From IMG/VR virus record IMGVR_UViG_3300045988_098456: a DNA stretch of 64,000 nt; one strand, 5' to 3'. The position numbers were made by a program, and so were the translations under genes. The notes beneath the pieces are model-generated. The model did not search any database. It was not told where the DNA came from and worked only from the letters and a program-made list of their open reading frames with translations. Shown here piece after piece: positions 15,840 to 24,781 of the stretch. This DNA comes from a virus. Numbering within the stretch: the first letter of the stretch is position 1; each line of letters opens with the position of its first letter.

Positions 15840-18079
15840 TGGCAAAAACACATTCCGTTTATTATCCGTTATATAATGACAAGACGCATTTCATTTACCT
15901 TATAACGGGAAGCCGTGCGTCAGGAAAAAGTTTCTCAGCTTCTCAGTTTATCGAAAGACTTACTTTTGAATACAATGCAGAAAGAAAGATAGCGCATAAG
16001 ATTCTTTATACACGTTATACGATGGTAAGTGCCGCTATTTCCGTAATTCCAGAGGTTAAAGAGAAGATAGAGATTGATGGTACACAGGATTACTTTAAGA
16101 ATACTAAGACAGATATAGTCAACAAAATGACAGGAGCTGAAATCATGTTCCGTGGTATTCATACGGCTAGTGGTAATCAGACTGCGAAGTTAAAGTCAAT
16201 CCATGGTGTGACTACGTTTGTCGTTGATGAGGCTGAGGAATGGACGAGTGAGGAGGATTTTGAGCGCATCATGCTTTCAATCCGTCAGAAAGGCTTGCAC
16301 AACCGAGTAATAATCATTATGAACCCTTGTGATTCAAATCATTGGGTATATAAGCGTTTCATCGAAAAGACACATAAAGAGGTGTATTTTGATGGCGTTC
16401 CCGTCCAGATCAGTACAGACCCTAGAGTACTTCATATACATACGACCTATCTTGATAATATAAAGCATCTTTCACCTGAGTTCCTTAACGAGGTATTAGA
16501 GATGAAGGAGAATGAACCAGAGAAATATGCTCATATAATGATAGGTAGATGGTCTGATGTATCTGAGGGTGCAATATTCAAGCATGTAGGCATCGTTGAC
16601 AAGTTCCCTAGCAATGCAAGGAAAGTAGCCATCGGAGTAGACTGGGGATATTCGAAAGACTATACTGCTATTGTGAAGTGTGGTATCGTAGACAATCGCC
16701 TATACATAGAGGAACTTTGCTATAGAACGGAAATGTTGTCCAGTGATATTATAAAATTCTTGCGCCCTTATGCGGATGATGGCTTGTTTGTGTATGCGGA
16801 TAGTGCTGACCCTAGGCTTATAGATGAGGTAGCTCTTGGTGGAATAGTTATATATGGAGCACAAAAGGGTGCTGGTTCTATATTGGCTGGTATTGACAAG
16901 ATGCAGACATTCGAAATCTTTGCGACTAGACAATCAGTCCATTTACAGAGCGAGTTCCGCAAATATGTGTGGGCAAAGGACAAGGATGGCAATTATATCA
17001 ATGTTCCCGAAGACCATGATAATCATTGCTTTACCGCAGACACATTAATTTTAACGAATCAAGGATATAAGCAGATTAAGGATATAAACATAGGTGATAT
17101 TGTATATAATTCTGACGGATGGCATCGTGTAAGCAAGACCTTTGATAACGGCATTCAAGAGGTGTGGTCTGCCATTATCGAGCTTGGCGACAGAACAATA
17201 GAGATTAATTCAACACCAAGTCATAAATTCAAAACAAAGGAAGGATGGAAACAATTACAAGACTTGACAGAAAAGGACGTACTTTATATATTCAGAAATT
17301 CAACGGACGAGAATATGTTAAATACCCAAAAGAAATGTATTTTAAGAATGGAGCGACAACTACTTGGCTTCATCGAGCAGTGTGGGAATATTATAATGGA
17401 TGTATTCCGAAAGGCTATCATGTACATCACAAAAACGAAAATGTTTTTGACAATGAAATTGATAATCTTGAACTCCTTGAAGGGCATCAGCATCTTTGTA
17501 TGCACATGCAAGAGAAACTACAGGATGCAGAATATATTGAGAAATTGCAAAAGAACATGGATTACGCAAGAGGGTTTGCAAATAAATGGCATGGTTCAGA
17601 AGAAGGAAAGAGATGGCATAGGTTGCATGGAATTGAGGTCTCAAAAAATTTATCTACACAAGAATATAAGTGTCTGTTTTGTGGCAAAACATATCAAGCA
17701 AAGACTAGTGGCAACCATAAATTTTGTTCTAACGCTTGTAAAACAAGGTACAGATACCATTCTAAGGTGGATAATGAAGAAAGGACTTGTAAATATTGTG
17801 GGGCGAAATTCTCTGTTAACAAATACATCAAAAAAGAGTATTGCTCAAACAAATGTTATTGGGAAGATAGACGAGCAAAAAATAAAGAGAATAAAGATAG
17901 TTAGAAAATATAAAGATCATGTGTACAATATGGAGGTTGAAGGAGAGCATGAATATTTTGCTAACAACATATTGGTTTCAAATTGCATTGATGCTGCACG
18001 GTATTATATTCTTGCCGTATTGCTCGGTAAAGTGATGAAGCCAAGAAAAGCATCTAAATCAGACTTAGGAGTGTACTAA
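15839..18079 (+). CDS. terL: Terminase large subunit, interrupted by an intein (exteins 15839..17026 and 17984..18079)
   Basis: Walker A GSRASGKS, Walker B VVDEAEE. The nuclease motif is split by the insertion: EDHDNH|...|CIDAARYY. Confidence 0.9.
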   Translation: MAKTHSVYYPLYNDKTHFIYLITGSRASGKSFSASQFIERLTFEYNAERKIAHKILYTRYTMVSAAISVIPEVKEKIEIDGTQDYFKNTKTDIVNKMTGAEIMFRGIHTASGNQTAKLKSIHGVTTFVVDEAEEWTSEEDFERIMLSIRQKGLHNRVIIIMNPCDSNHWVYKRFIEKTHKEVYFDGVPVQISTDPRVLHIHTTYLDNIKHLSPEFLNEVLEMKENEPEKYAHIMIGRWSDVSEGAIFKHVGIVDKFPSNARKVAIGVDWGYSKDYTAIVKCGIVDNRLYIEELCYRTEMLSSDIIKFLRPYADDGLFVYADSADPRLIDEVALGGIVIYGAQKGAGSILAGIDKMQTFEIFATRQSVHLQSEFRKYVWAKDKDGNYINVPEDHDNHCFTADTLILTNQGYKQIKDINIGDIVYNSDGWHRVSKTFDNGIQEVWSAIIELGDRTIEINSTPSHKFKTKEGWKQLQDLTEKDVLYIFRNSTDENMLNTQKKCILRMERQLLGFIEQCGNIIMDVFRKAIMYITKTKMFLTMKLIILNSLKGISIFVCTCKRNYRMQNILRNCKRTWITQEGLQINGMVQKKERDGIGCMELRSQKIYLHKNISVCFVAKHIKQRLVATINFVLTLVKQGTDTILRWIMKKGLVNIVGRNSLLTNTSKKSIAQTNVIGKIDEQKIKRIKIVRKYKDHVYNMEVEGEHEYFANNILVSNCIDAARYYILAVLLGKVMKPRKASKSDLGVY
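17027..17983 (+). mobile_element. Intein (319 codons) in TerL
   Basis: Block A CFTADTLILT, block B TPSHKF, C-terminal VYNMEVEGEHEYFANNILVSN followed by Cys+1. Coordinates are in frame with terL. Confidence 0.8.
17245..17904 (+). CDS. HNH homing endonuclease encoded in an alternative frame inside the intein
   Basis: HRAVWEYYNGCIPKGYHVHHKNENVFDNEIDNLELLEGHQH, plus two CxxC..(Y/F)CSNxC zinc-ribbon repeats. Its frame differs from terL. Confidence 0.8.
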   Translation: METITRLDRKGRTLYIQKFNGREYVKYPKEMYFKNGATTTWLHRAVWEYYNGCIPKGYHVHHKNENVFDNEIDNLELLEGHQHLCMHMQEKLQDAEYIEKLQKNMDYARGFANKWHGSEEGKRWHRLHGIEVSKNLSTQEYKCLFCGKTYQAKTSGNHKFCSNACKTRYRYHSKVDNEERTCKYCGAKFSVNKYIKKEYCSNKCYWEDRRAKNKENKDS

Positions 18080-18190
18080 ATGACAAATATAATTACTTTT
18101 GTAATAAAAATACAAGTATTTAATTATTAGATTGTTAGTGTAAGTATGCTATAAAGGTAGATAAAAGTCATATGTAAATAAAAAAGATTG

Positions 18191-18232
18191 TTTACTAAAT
18201 AAAAATAGATTCTTTAGTAAATAGTCTTTTTT
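18191..18232 (+). terminator. Terminator after terL
   Basis: tttactaaa/tttagtaaa stem followed by tctttttt. Confidence 0.5.
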
Positions 18233-18233
18233 A

Positions 18234-18254
18234 TTCACTTAAAAACTAAGTGAA
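18234..18254. promoter_or_regulatory. Inverted repeat ttcactta-N5-taagtgaa, copy 2
   Basis: About 43 nt upstream of the -7 box at 18297. Confidence 0.45.
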
Positions 18255-18296
18255 AGGCGTTTGCCCTATATGGTAGGTAGAAACCCTGTTTATTAT

Positions 18297-18304
18297 TACC
18301 TTTG
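18297..18304 (+). promoter_or_regulatory. -7 promoter box tacctttg
   Basis: TAnnTTTG. It lies over the annotated TTG start of the portal ORF, so the ATG at 18323 is preferred. Confidence 0.5.
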
Positions 18305-18322
18305 CTTCAAAAAGTTATAAGG

Positions 18323-19735
18323 ATGTTTGTAGATTCAATTATTCAGATAAAGACATATTTTCGAAACCTCACGCTCAATGCATTGGGTGTGGAGAGAAGC
18401 ATCTTCGAACGTTTGGAAGATAATGATGTTGATTCTGTCGTAAATATGATGGAACAACATGATTTCGATGTGGATAATGCCATTTCGGAATATAATCCAC
18501 AAACCCATAAGGTGATGAGCCGTGAAGATAAATGGGTAAAGGGAGAAAAGCCGTACAGGACGGAGAAGTTGGCAAGAACAAGACAAAGATACATAAATGA
18601 GGTAGAATTGTTCTTCTTGTTAGGCAATCCGATTATGTGGAAGAAGACTGAAGGTGACGATGAAGCCTTTGAACTATATAAAAAATACTTGAAGAATATA
18701 TACTTTAATACCAAGCTACGTCAATGCAAGCGACTTGCCGGAGCAGAAACCGAAAGCGGTTTTGTTTTTAATTTCTCGCAAAAAAACGGAAAAATGCATG
18801 TTGATGTGTATGTTGCAGCTCGCTCAAAGGGACATAAGATGAGAGAGTTGTTTGACCAGTACGGAAACATGCTTGCTTTTGCTGTAGGCTATTCCTTAAA
18901 GCGAGAGTCAAAGACTATCGAATGTTGGGATATATTGACATCCGTTTTTAACTATCATTGTGAACGTGGTGGCTTTGGGTGGAAAGTGTATAAGTATCCT
19001 AATCCGACAGGAAAGATTAACGGCATCTACTTTCGCCAACCTAAAGCATGGGATGGTGCAGAGCCAAGAATGGAACGTGAAGAAATGCTTGATTCCAAGA
19101 TTGGAGATGCTAACAACTACTTTGCTGACCCTATTGCCGCTGCTACTGCTGACGTGATACAATCAATCCCTAAGCGGAACAAGCCAGGTAAACTCATACA
19201 ACTTACAGGCAAGAACTCTAGGTTTGAATATATCAACCCACCTCAGAATTCCGAAATCCGCAAGGCAGAGAAAGAAGACTTGGCTCAGTCTATATTGTTT
19301 GATACGTTTACACCGGATATGTCACCGGAACTGATGAAAGCTATGAGTACGCTTACTAGTGTCGGCATAAAACGAGCGTTGGTATTGGGTTACATCAAGC
19401 GAGCGAACCGAATGGAAATCTATGAAGAACTTGTCGGTAGATTATCGCATGTGATTATAGCCGTAATGAAGGAACTATATCCTGAGATGAGAAGCAAGTT
19501 GGATAAGTTGGAGGTCGAATTCGAATTTGCCGAACCTTTCGAGGATGACAAAAAGGATAAGTGGAAAGTAATAGCGGAACTATATAATCAAGGCGTACTT
19601 TCTTTAGAGACTGCTGTACAAATGCTGGCTCTAACTGACGCTCCTGCTGAAGAAATTGAAAAGATACGCAAGGATGCAGAAGATAAAGTAGCGTTAGCTG
19701 CAAAGGTAAAGGGAAACGAAAATACAACTTCATAA
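18323..19735 (+). CDS. Portal protein (SPP1 Gp6-like)
   Basis: About 470 aa, immediately after terL. The overall pattern (NPQTHKVMSR..., C-terminal ELYNQGVLSLETAVQML) fits the Gp6 portal family by eye. Confidence 0.7.
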   Translation: MFVDSIIQIKTYFRNLTLNALGVERSIFERLEDNDVDSVVNMMEQHDFDVDNAISEYNPQTHKVMSREDKWVKGEKPYRTEKLARTRQRYINEVELFFLLGNPIMWKKTEGDDEAFELYKKYLKNIYFNTKLRQCKRLAGAETESGFVFNFSQKNGKMHVDVYVAARSKGHKMRELFDQYGNMLAFAVGYSLKRESKTIECWDILTSVFNYHCERGGFGWKVYKYPNPTGKINGIYFRQPKAWDGAEPRMEREEMLDSKIGDANNYFADPIAAATADVIQSIPKRNKPGKLIQLTGKNSRFEYINPPQNSEIRKAEKEDLAQSILFDTFTPDMSPELMKAMSTLTSVGIKRALVLGYIKRANRMEIYEELVGRLSHVIIAVMKELYPEMRSKLDKLEVEFEFAEPFEDDKKDKWKVIAELYNQGVLSLETAVQMLALTDAPAEEIEKIRKDAEDKVALAAKVKGNENTTS

Positions 19736-19756
19736 TTTTAAATGCTTATTGTTTTT

Positions 19757-19790
19757 GGGCGCATTTCCTTTTAGGATTTGCGCCCTTTTT
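19757..19790 (+). terminator. Intrinsic terminator after the portal gene
   Basis: gggcgca...tgcgccc followed by ttttt. Confidence 0.7.
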
Positions 19791-19791
19791 G

Positions 19792-19808
19792 CACTTAAAT
19801 TTTAAGTG
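19792..19808. promoter_or_regulatory. Inverted repeat cacttaaa-t-tttaagtg, copy 3
   Basis: About 45 nt upstream of the -7 box at 19853. Confidence 0.45.
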
Positions 19809-19852
19809 AAAGCATTGTGATAATAATATAATATTATTCCTCATTTTGTTTT

Positions 19853-19860
19853 TAACTTTG
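19853..19860 (+). promoter_or_regulatory. -7 promoter box taactttg
   Basis: TAnnTTTG just before the ATG at 19866. Confidence 0.45.
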
Positions 19861-19865
19861 TTGGC

Positions 19866-20351
19866 ATGAACACGAATGAACTTATCATAAACGGAAAAGA
19901 TGCTTGGACTACCTATCGGGTCAAGATGGGGTATGGCTTTTTGGATGCGTTGGAAGCTGACGCAGACAATAAAAGTTATATAACCAATGAAGTAAGGACT
20001 GAGCACGGAACTAGGGTTGTTCCTATCCGTCCTAAAAAGGCAGAAAGAAGCATTACCTTGGAGTTTGTTATTGTCGGCATAGACCATAGCGACTATAATA
20101 AAAGGATAAAAGCCTTTGATGCACTTATGGATAATGGTTTTGTTACGATACAAGTTCCTCGATCAAAGGATGATGTCTATCGTTTGTTTTGTGCGAGGAA
20201 GTCTCCTACCTATTCAAGAGGAAAAGGAGGGGCTATAGGCAAGAAGAGTTTGAAGTTCATAGAATATAATCCAACGAACAGGGGAGCTTTGACTGATGCG
20301 GATATTGATATGTTCACGTTGAAAGAATTTGAAGATATAGAACAGTTATGA
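19866..20351 (+). CDS. Distal-tail-protein (Dit)-like tail component
   Basis: 161 aa with an ATGA overlap to the large tail protein. Assigned by position and size. Confidence 0.4.
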   Translation: MNTNELIINGKDAWTTYRVKMGYGFLDALEADADNKSYITNEVRTEHGTRVVPIRPKKAERSITLEFVIVGIDHSDYNKRIKAFDALMDNGFVTIQVPRSKDDVYRLFCARKSPTYSRGKGGAIGKKSLKFIEYNPTNRGALTDADIDMFTLKEFEDIEQL

Positions 20352-23300
20352 AAACTTACAAGGATATTGATATAAAGTATTACGATAATGACGGAAACAT
20401 ACATGTAAGATGTTCTGTTCCCGTAACACAGGATGCATTGGTTCACTATGAATTAATGCAGTCTCACTATTGTAAGCTTTCCTTTAAGCTTTCTAAACCT
20501 ACATATTTCTTGCTTGGTGATTTTATAGATACACCATATGGACGATTTGAGCTAATAGATTTAACTAAGGCCAAAGATAATGATACTATTGGATATTCCT
20601 ATGAAATCCAATTTGATGCATATTATCGTAAGTTCAAGAACAAAATATTGAAGTATCGCCCGAATACAGGTTCACAAGAAGCGACTTTCTCTCTTACTTC
20701 AAAAATAAGCACCCATGTAGAGGTGATTATGAAAAGCCTAGCTTATTATGCGAAGTTAGACAAGTCTTATCTTTACGACCCTAAATTTGAAGGTGAAGGA
20801 ACGGACTATACTTATGTTATTGATGCGAGCGTAGACGCAAATGCGGCAAAGCTTATAACCTATTCAAACACAAGTATGTTGGATGCTATTGCAAATATAG
20901 CTCAGACGTTTGAATGTGAATGGTGGTTTGAAGGCAATATTCTACATTTCGGTACTTGCGAGAATACAAATGCGATTGTTGATTTCAGACTAAACGACAA
21001 CATCGTTTCTATGTCAAGTTCACAAAGCCAGTCCACTTATGCAAACAGAATATATGCTTTTGGAGCTGCAAGGAACTTGCCTAGTGGATATAAGAATGAT
21101 GCAGATGCGGACATAACAAAAGATGGTGTCGTAGAAAAACGTCTTATGCTTCCTACTTCAGCAGAATGCTCTGACAAAAACAAGCAATTGTTAGCAGAGA
21201 ATGGCTTTGAGCTGAAAAACGGATATATACAAGTCGGTGGACTCCATGAAGACCAGTATGTAGAGGGAGTAACAACAAATGATGATATTTATCCAAGAAA
21301 TCTTATCAAAACGTCTAATGTGACATCATACGAAAAAGATGTAGAGAATGAAAGTACACCCGAAGAGGGTGATTACATCAAACGAACTTTCTATCGTGTA
21401 AATTCGCTTACTATTGTCAATGATGATGGCGAAAAAACAGGTGATATGGCTTTCCGAAAGGCATATATTCTTAGTGGCAAGAACTTACATATAGTATTCC
21501 AAAGCGGTTCTCTTAATGGTATGGACTTCGAATGTGAGTTTAATCCAGATGGAGTTTCTGAAATACTTAAGGACGATGATGGTAATCCGATATTGAAAGA
21601 TGGAAAAGAACAGATAAATCCTAAGTCGCAGGTATTTGAGATTGTTGCTAATGAGGATTATGGTCGTTTTTTGCCGGACACAACTTTGCATCCAAAGGAC
21701 GGAGATACTTTTGTTCTCTATAATTGGGATTCTACCAAATTGGGTGACACATTGGTATCTGCTGCTTCCAATGAGTTGCTGACGGATTCTATTGAGAATT
21801 TGAAGAAGTCTATGATAGACCCTACGACATATACATGTACCGCTGAGGCTAATTATTCATTCAATCAAGGTCGTGGCAACTTGCATGGTGTAGGAGACAG
21901 GGTTAACCTTTACAATAAGGGTTATGAAGACAGCTATAGGTCTTCAAGAATTATCGGCTATGAGTTCTGTCTAGATATTCCTTATGATGGAGCAAAATAT
22001 TATGTTGGAGAAAAACCTTCATATTCACGGCTCAATGCAATGGAGTCTAAAATTGAGGAACTTGTCTATAACGGACAGAGTTATCTTAATAGCAATGGTG
22101 GTGGAGGAAAATCAATTTACGTCATAAAGAGCTATGATAAGACTGCACCTACTGATTATAATGTTTATTCCGCTAAGGCTATTGATGAGCAAAGATTACA
22201 TAAAACGAAAGACGATACCGCACAAGGTACTATTACATTTGAGGTGCTACAAAGATTCCTACAAGGATTTCGTCTTGGTCACACCAATGCCTACAGCATT
22301 GATGGAAACGGAAACGTAACCATTAACTTGCTCAACTCTGCTGATTATGATGATGCAACTCAGTCGGGTTTTGGCTTCTACAGACGTAAGGATGGGAAAA
22401 TTGGTCTGAACGTCACAGACATCAGTGTTTGGGGCAAGGCATACTTCAACAACTTGACGATTCGTGAGACCACCTTCGTAGGTGGTAATCTCGTTTTCTC
22501 ACCTTCTGCTGGTAAGATATTCGAGGTAAGAGAGATTTATAACGACACAAATGAACTGACTGGTTGGAAGTGCTACCTGTTAGCAGACGATGGTACAACC
22601 GCTACAACGAATATGTTTGAGGTTGATGACCAAGTGCGCTGTGAGACGTTCAACATCAAGGCTGGCGTATATGAGAATGTTTCGAATAAGTTCTATTGGC
22701 GTAAGATTACTGATGTGTCTAAGGATAATGAAGAGATAAGGGATGCAAACAACAATATCCTCTATGATGGTAAGAAATACTCATGGATAGTTATCTCTGC
22801 AAGTGATAAGGCAGAAGGTAGTGATAACCCTGCTGCTGGAGACACTATTGTTCTCATGGGTAACAGAACGAACACAAACCGAATGAGCTTCGTGGTTAAA
22901 GAAACCTATGGTGACAACGCTCCTCGGGAAGTTGGTTACACTAACGTACACAGCTATACACTCGGCAATGGTAATCTTGTTTACGAGATAAGCCCTAAGA
23001 AGGTGCGGTTCTATTCTCAGTACTTCGAAATAGTAACCATTGAGGGTTTATCTATTAAGACTATCAACTATCGTGGCGATTGGAAACAAGGCGATACCTA
23101 CGTGTACTACGACCAAGTGACGCACAACGGAACGACTTGGCTCTGTGTTGCACCCGAAGGAACAAATGTAACGAGTGAGCCAGCAAGGGGTAATGATTTC
23201 TGGAAGGCTCAGAATGCAATACTTGATGCTACACTCAATATCACTCAGAGCACAGGAGAATGGATAGATAAGGGCGAGACAAATCATGTAGAATGTTCCG

Positions 23301-23545
23301 TAATACGTGGTTTTGAGAATATTACAGACCAAGTAACATCGTGGAACATCGTGCGTGATAGTGGTGATGCTGTCAATGATGCGGCTTGGCAGAATAAAGA
23401 TAAGGTCAAGAACTTTGATGGAACGATAGATATAGCGTGGACGGACGATGAAGATGACATCGGTGATTCCAATAGCTGTATATTCACCATCACTGCTTTT
23501 TGGGGTAATAAAGTTGAACTAGCAAAAGGAACAATAAGCGTATGA
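20348..23545 (+). CDS. Large tail-tip / baseplate hub protein (Tal-like phage minor structural protein)
   Basis: 1065 aa. The N-terminal approx 250 aa resemble the prophage-tail/minor-structural N-terminal region (...MLDAIANIAQTFECEWWFEGNILHF...). Confidence 0.6.
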   Translation: MKTYKDIDIKYYDNDGNIHVRCSVPVTQDALVHYELMQSHYCKLSFKLSKPTYFLLGDFIDTPYGRFELIDLTKAKDNDTIGYSYEIQFDAYYRKFKNKILKYRPNTGSQEATFSLTSKISTHVEVIMKSLAYYAKLDKSYLYDPKFEGEGTDYTYVIDASVDANAAKLITYSNTSMLDAIANIAQTFECEWWFEGNILHFGTCENTNAIVDFRLNDNIVSMSSSQSQSTYANRIYAFGAARNLPSGYKNDADADITKDGVVEKRLMLPTSAECSDKNKQLLAENGFELKNGYIQVGGLHEDQYVEGVTTNDDIYPRNLIKTSNVTSYEKDVENESTPEEGDYIKRTFYRVNSLTIVNDDGEKTGDMAFRKAYILSGKNLHIVFQSGSLNGMDFECEFNPDGVSEILKDDDGNPILKDGKEQINPKSQVFEIVANEDYGRFLPDTTLHPKDGDTFVLYNWDSTKLGDTLVSAASNELLTDSIENLKKSMIDPTTYTCTAEANYSFNQGRGNLHGVGDRVNLYNKGYEDSYRSSRIIGYEFCLDIPYDGAKYYVGEKPSYSRLNAMESKIEELVYNGQSYLNSNGGGGKSIYVIKSYDKTAPTDYNVYSAKAIDEQRLHKTKDDTAQGTITFEVLQRFLQGFRLGHTNAYSIDGNGNVTINLLNSADYDDATQSGFGFYRRKDGKIGLNVTDISVWGKAYFNNLTIRETTFVGGNLVFSPSAGKIFEVREIYNDTNELTGWKCYLLADDGTTATTNMFEVDDQVRCETFNIKAGVYENVSNKFYWRKITDVSKDNEEIRDANNNILYDGKKYSWIVISASDKAEGSDNPAAGDTIVLMGNRTNTNRMSFVVKETYGDNAPREVGYTNVHSYTLGNGNLVYEISPKKVRFYSQYFEIVTIEGLSIKTINYRGDWKQGDTYVYYDQVTHNGTTWLCVAPEGTNVTSEPARGNDFWKAQNAILDATLNITQSTGEWIDKGETNHVECSVIRGFENITDQVTSWNIVRDSGDAVNDAAWQNKDKVKNFDGTIDIAWTDDEDDIGDSNSCIFTITAFWGNKVELAKGTISV

Positions 23546-23751
23546 TGTATGTAATATTAGACAAGGTGCAAGCGTTGGGTCTCGGATTCAACCTGCACAC
23601 CCATATAACTGCTCACGGCAAGATGATACTCAACGAGAAGGAAGTGTTGATGAGCAGCAATATTCATGGTGATACCTTTGATGAGCGTGTTAAGAATATC
23701 GGTGGCAAAGCTATGACCGAGCAAGAGTTGGAACAATTTAAAAAGGAATAA
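23542..23751 (+). CDS. Hypothetical small tail-module protein
   Basis: 69 aa. ATGATG overlap. Confidence 0.4.
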   Translation: MMYVILDKVQALGLGFNLHTHITAHGKMILNEKEVLMSSNIHGDTFDERVKNIGGKAMTEQELEQFKKE

Positions 23752-23753
23752 AG

Positions 23754-24764
23754 ATGGCAACAAATAATTATTCAGCACAAGGTTGTATACCTGTACGAAG
23801 AGTTCGTAACAACGATTCTTTGTCAATTTCAATCGAGAGTACGCAGCCTCTATTTCAAGGCGTGGATGCCAACAACGACAACGCTACACCATTCCCTAAC
23901 TGGGAGACAGACGATGCGGCTCGACCTATCCTTACTCCTGTGGTTAAGAGTGCGAAAGGTAATATCGTATCTCTCAGCAACCATCAGTGGAAGTATGGTG
24001 ATACTCCGCTTGTGTTCAGCGGAAGTACGAGCGGTACGTTTCAGCTTACAGGAGATGGTAAGTTCGGTATGGATGCTAACGGACGATTGAAGATATTCAA
24101 GAACCTTGCATCAAGCAGCTCTACAAGCTCAGATACACTCACGTATAGCGGTACTGCCACAATAGGTGACAGCAGCACTCAGGACGTTAGTGGATTCGTT
24201 ACTATCCTCATACAGCCGATGGGTAACAATCCATACATGGGATGGATAACGGCTAACCGCTCAATACTGACAGATGCACCGAATGAGAATACGGCTACAC
24301 TTTCTGCAAGGTTGTGGCTATCAACCACGGAACTTACCGACTTCTCTGTAAAGTGGAAGAACTCGGCAGGTGAAGTACTCGGAAGTGATAAGACCCTCAC
24401 GGTTACTCGTGATATGGTGAACGGCTCTACCCTCATTACTTGCGAGTTCTATCACAAGGATGCTCAGAATGCTTGTTTCCGTGCTGGTAAGGTGATGACC
24501 GATAACGCGGACGAATACGTAATTGTAGGTGAAGTTTCAAACCTTATAGGCGATAATGCTGCAACGATAACAGGACGTATCAAGAACACAAGAACAAATG
24601 CTATTGTAACGCCAACCAACGTTGCGTGGAACGCTAAAGCCTATAAGGACAACAACGAGCTTATCAAACAAGTAAGCTTTAACGTTATCACAATATCAAA
24701 ATCTGAGAGTGATTATGGCGGTACAGAGCATGATGCTTATGTTCTGTTTACGGCAACTTGGTAA
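23754..24764 (+). CDS. Tail-fibre-module structural protein (beta-rich, Ser/Thr-rich)
   Basis: Assigned by composition and position. Confidence 0.45.
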   Translation: MATNNYSAQGCIPVRRVRNNDSLSISIESTQPLFQGVDANNDNATPFPNWETDDAARPILTPVVKSAKGNIVSLSNHQWKYGDTPLVFSGSTSGTFQLTGDGKFGMDANGRLKIFKNLASSSSTSSDTLTYSGTATIGDSSTQDVSGFVTILIQPMGNNPYMGWITANRSILTDAPNENTATLSARLWLSTTELTDFSVKWKNSAGEVLGSDKTLTVTRDMVNGSTLITCEFYHKDAQNACFRAGKVMTDNADEYVIVGEVSNLIGDNAATITGRIKNTRTNAIVTPTNVAWNAKAYKDNNELIKQVSFNVITISKSESDYGGTEHDAYVLFTATW

Positions 24765-24781
24765 AATAGGAGGAATGAACT

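Noticed and set aside
17290-17885. The terL-frame translation of the intein interior as a real endonuclease or linker domain
   Set aside because: The sequence (…RNSTDENMLNTQKKCILRMERQLLGFIEQCGNII…) has no LAGLIDADG, HNH or GIY-YIG motif and looks like overprinted filler. The HNH motifs are in the other frame.
19746-20153. 135-aa minus-strand ORF
   Set aside because: It is antisense to the Dit-like gene and spans the portal terminator and the promoter region.
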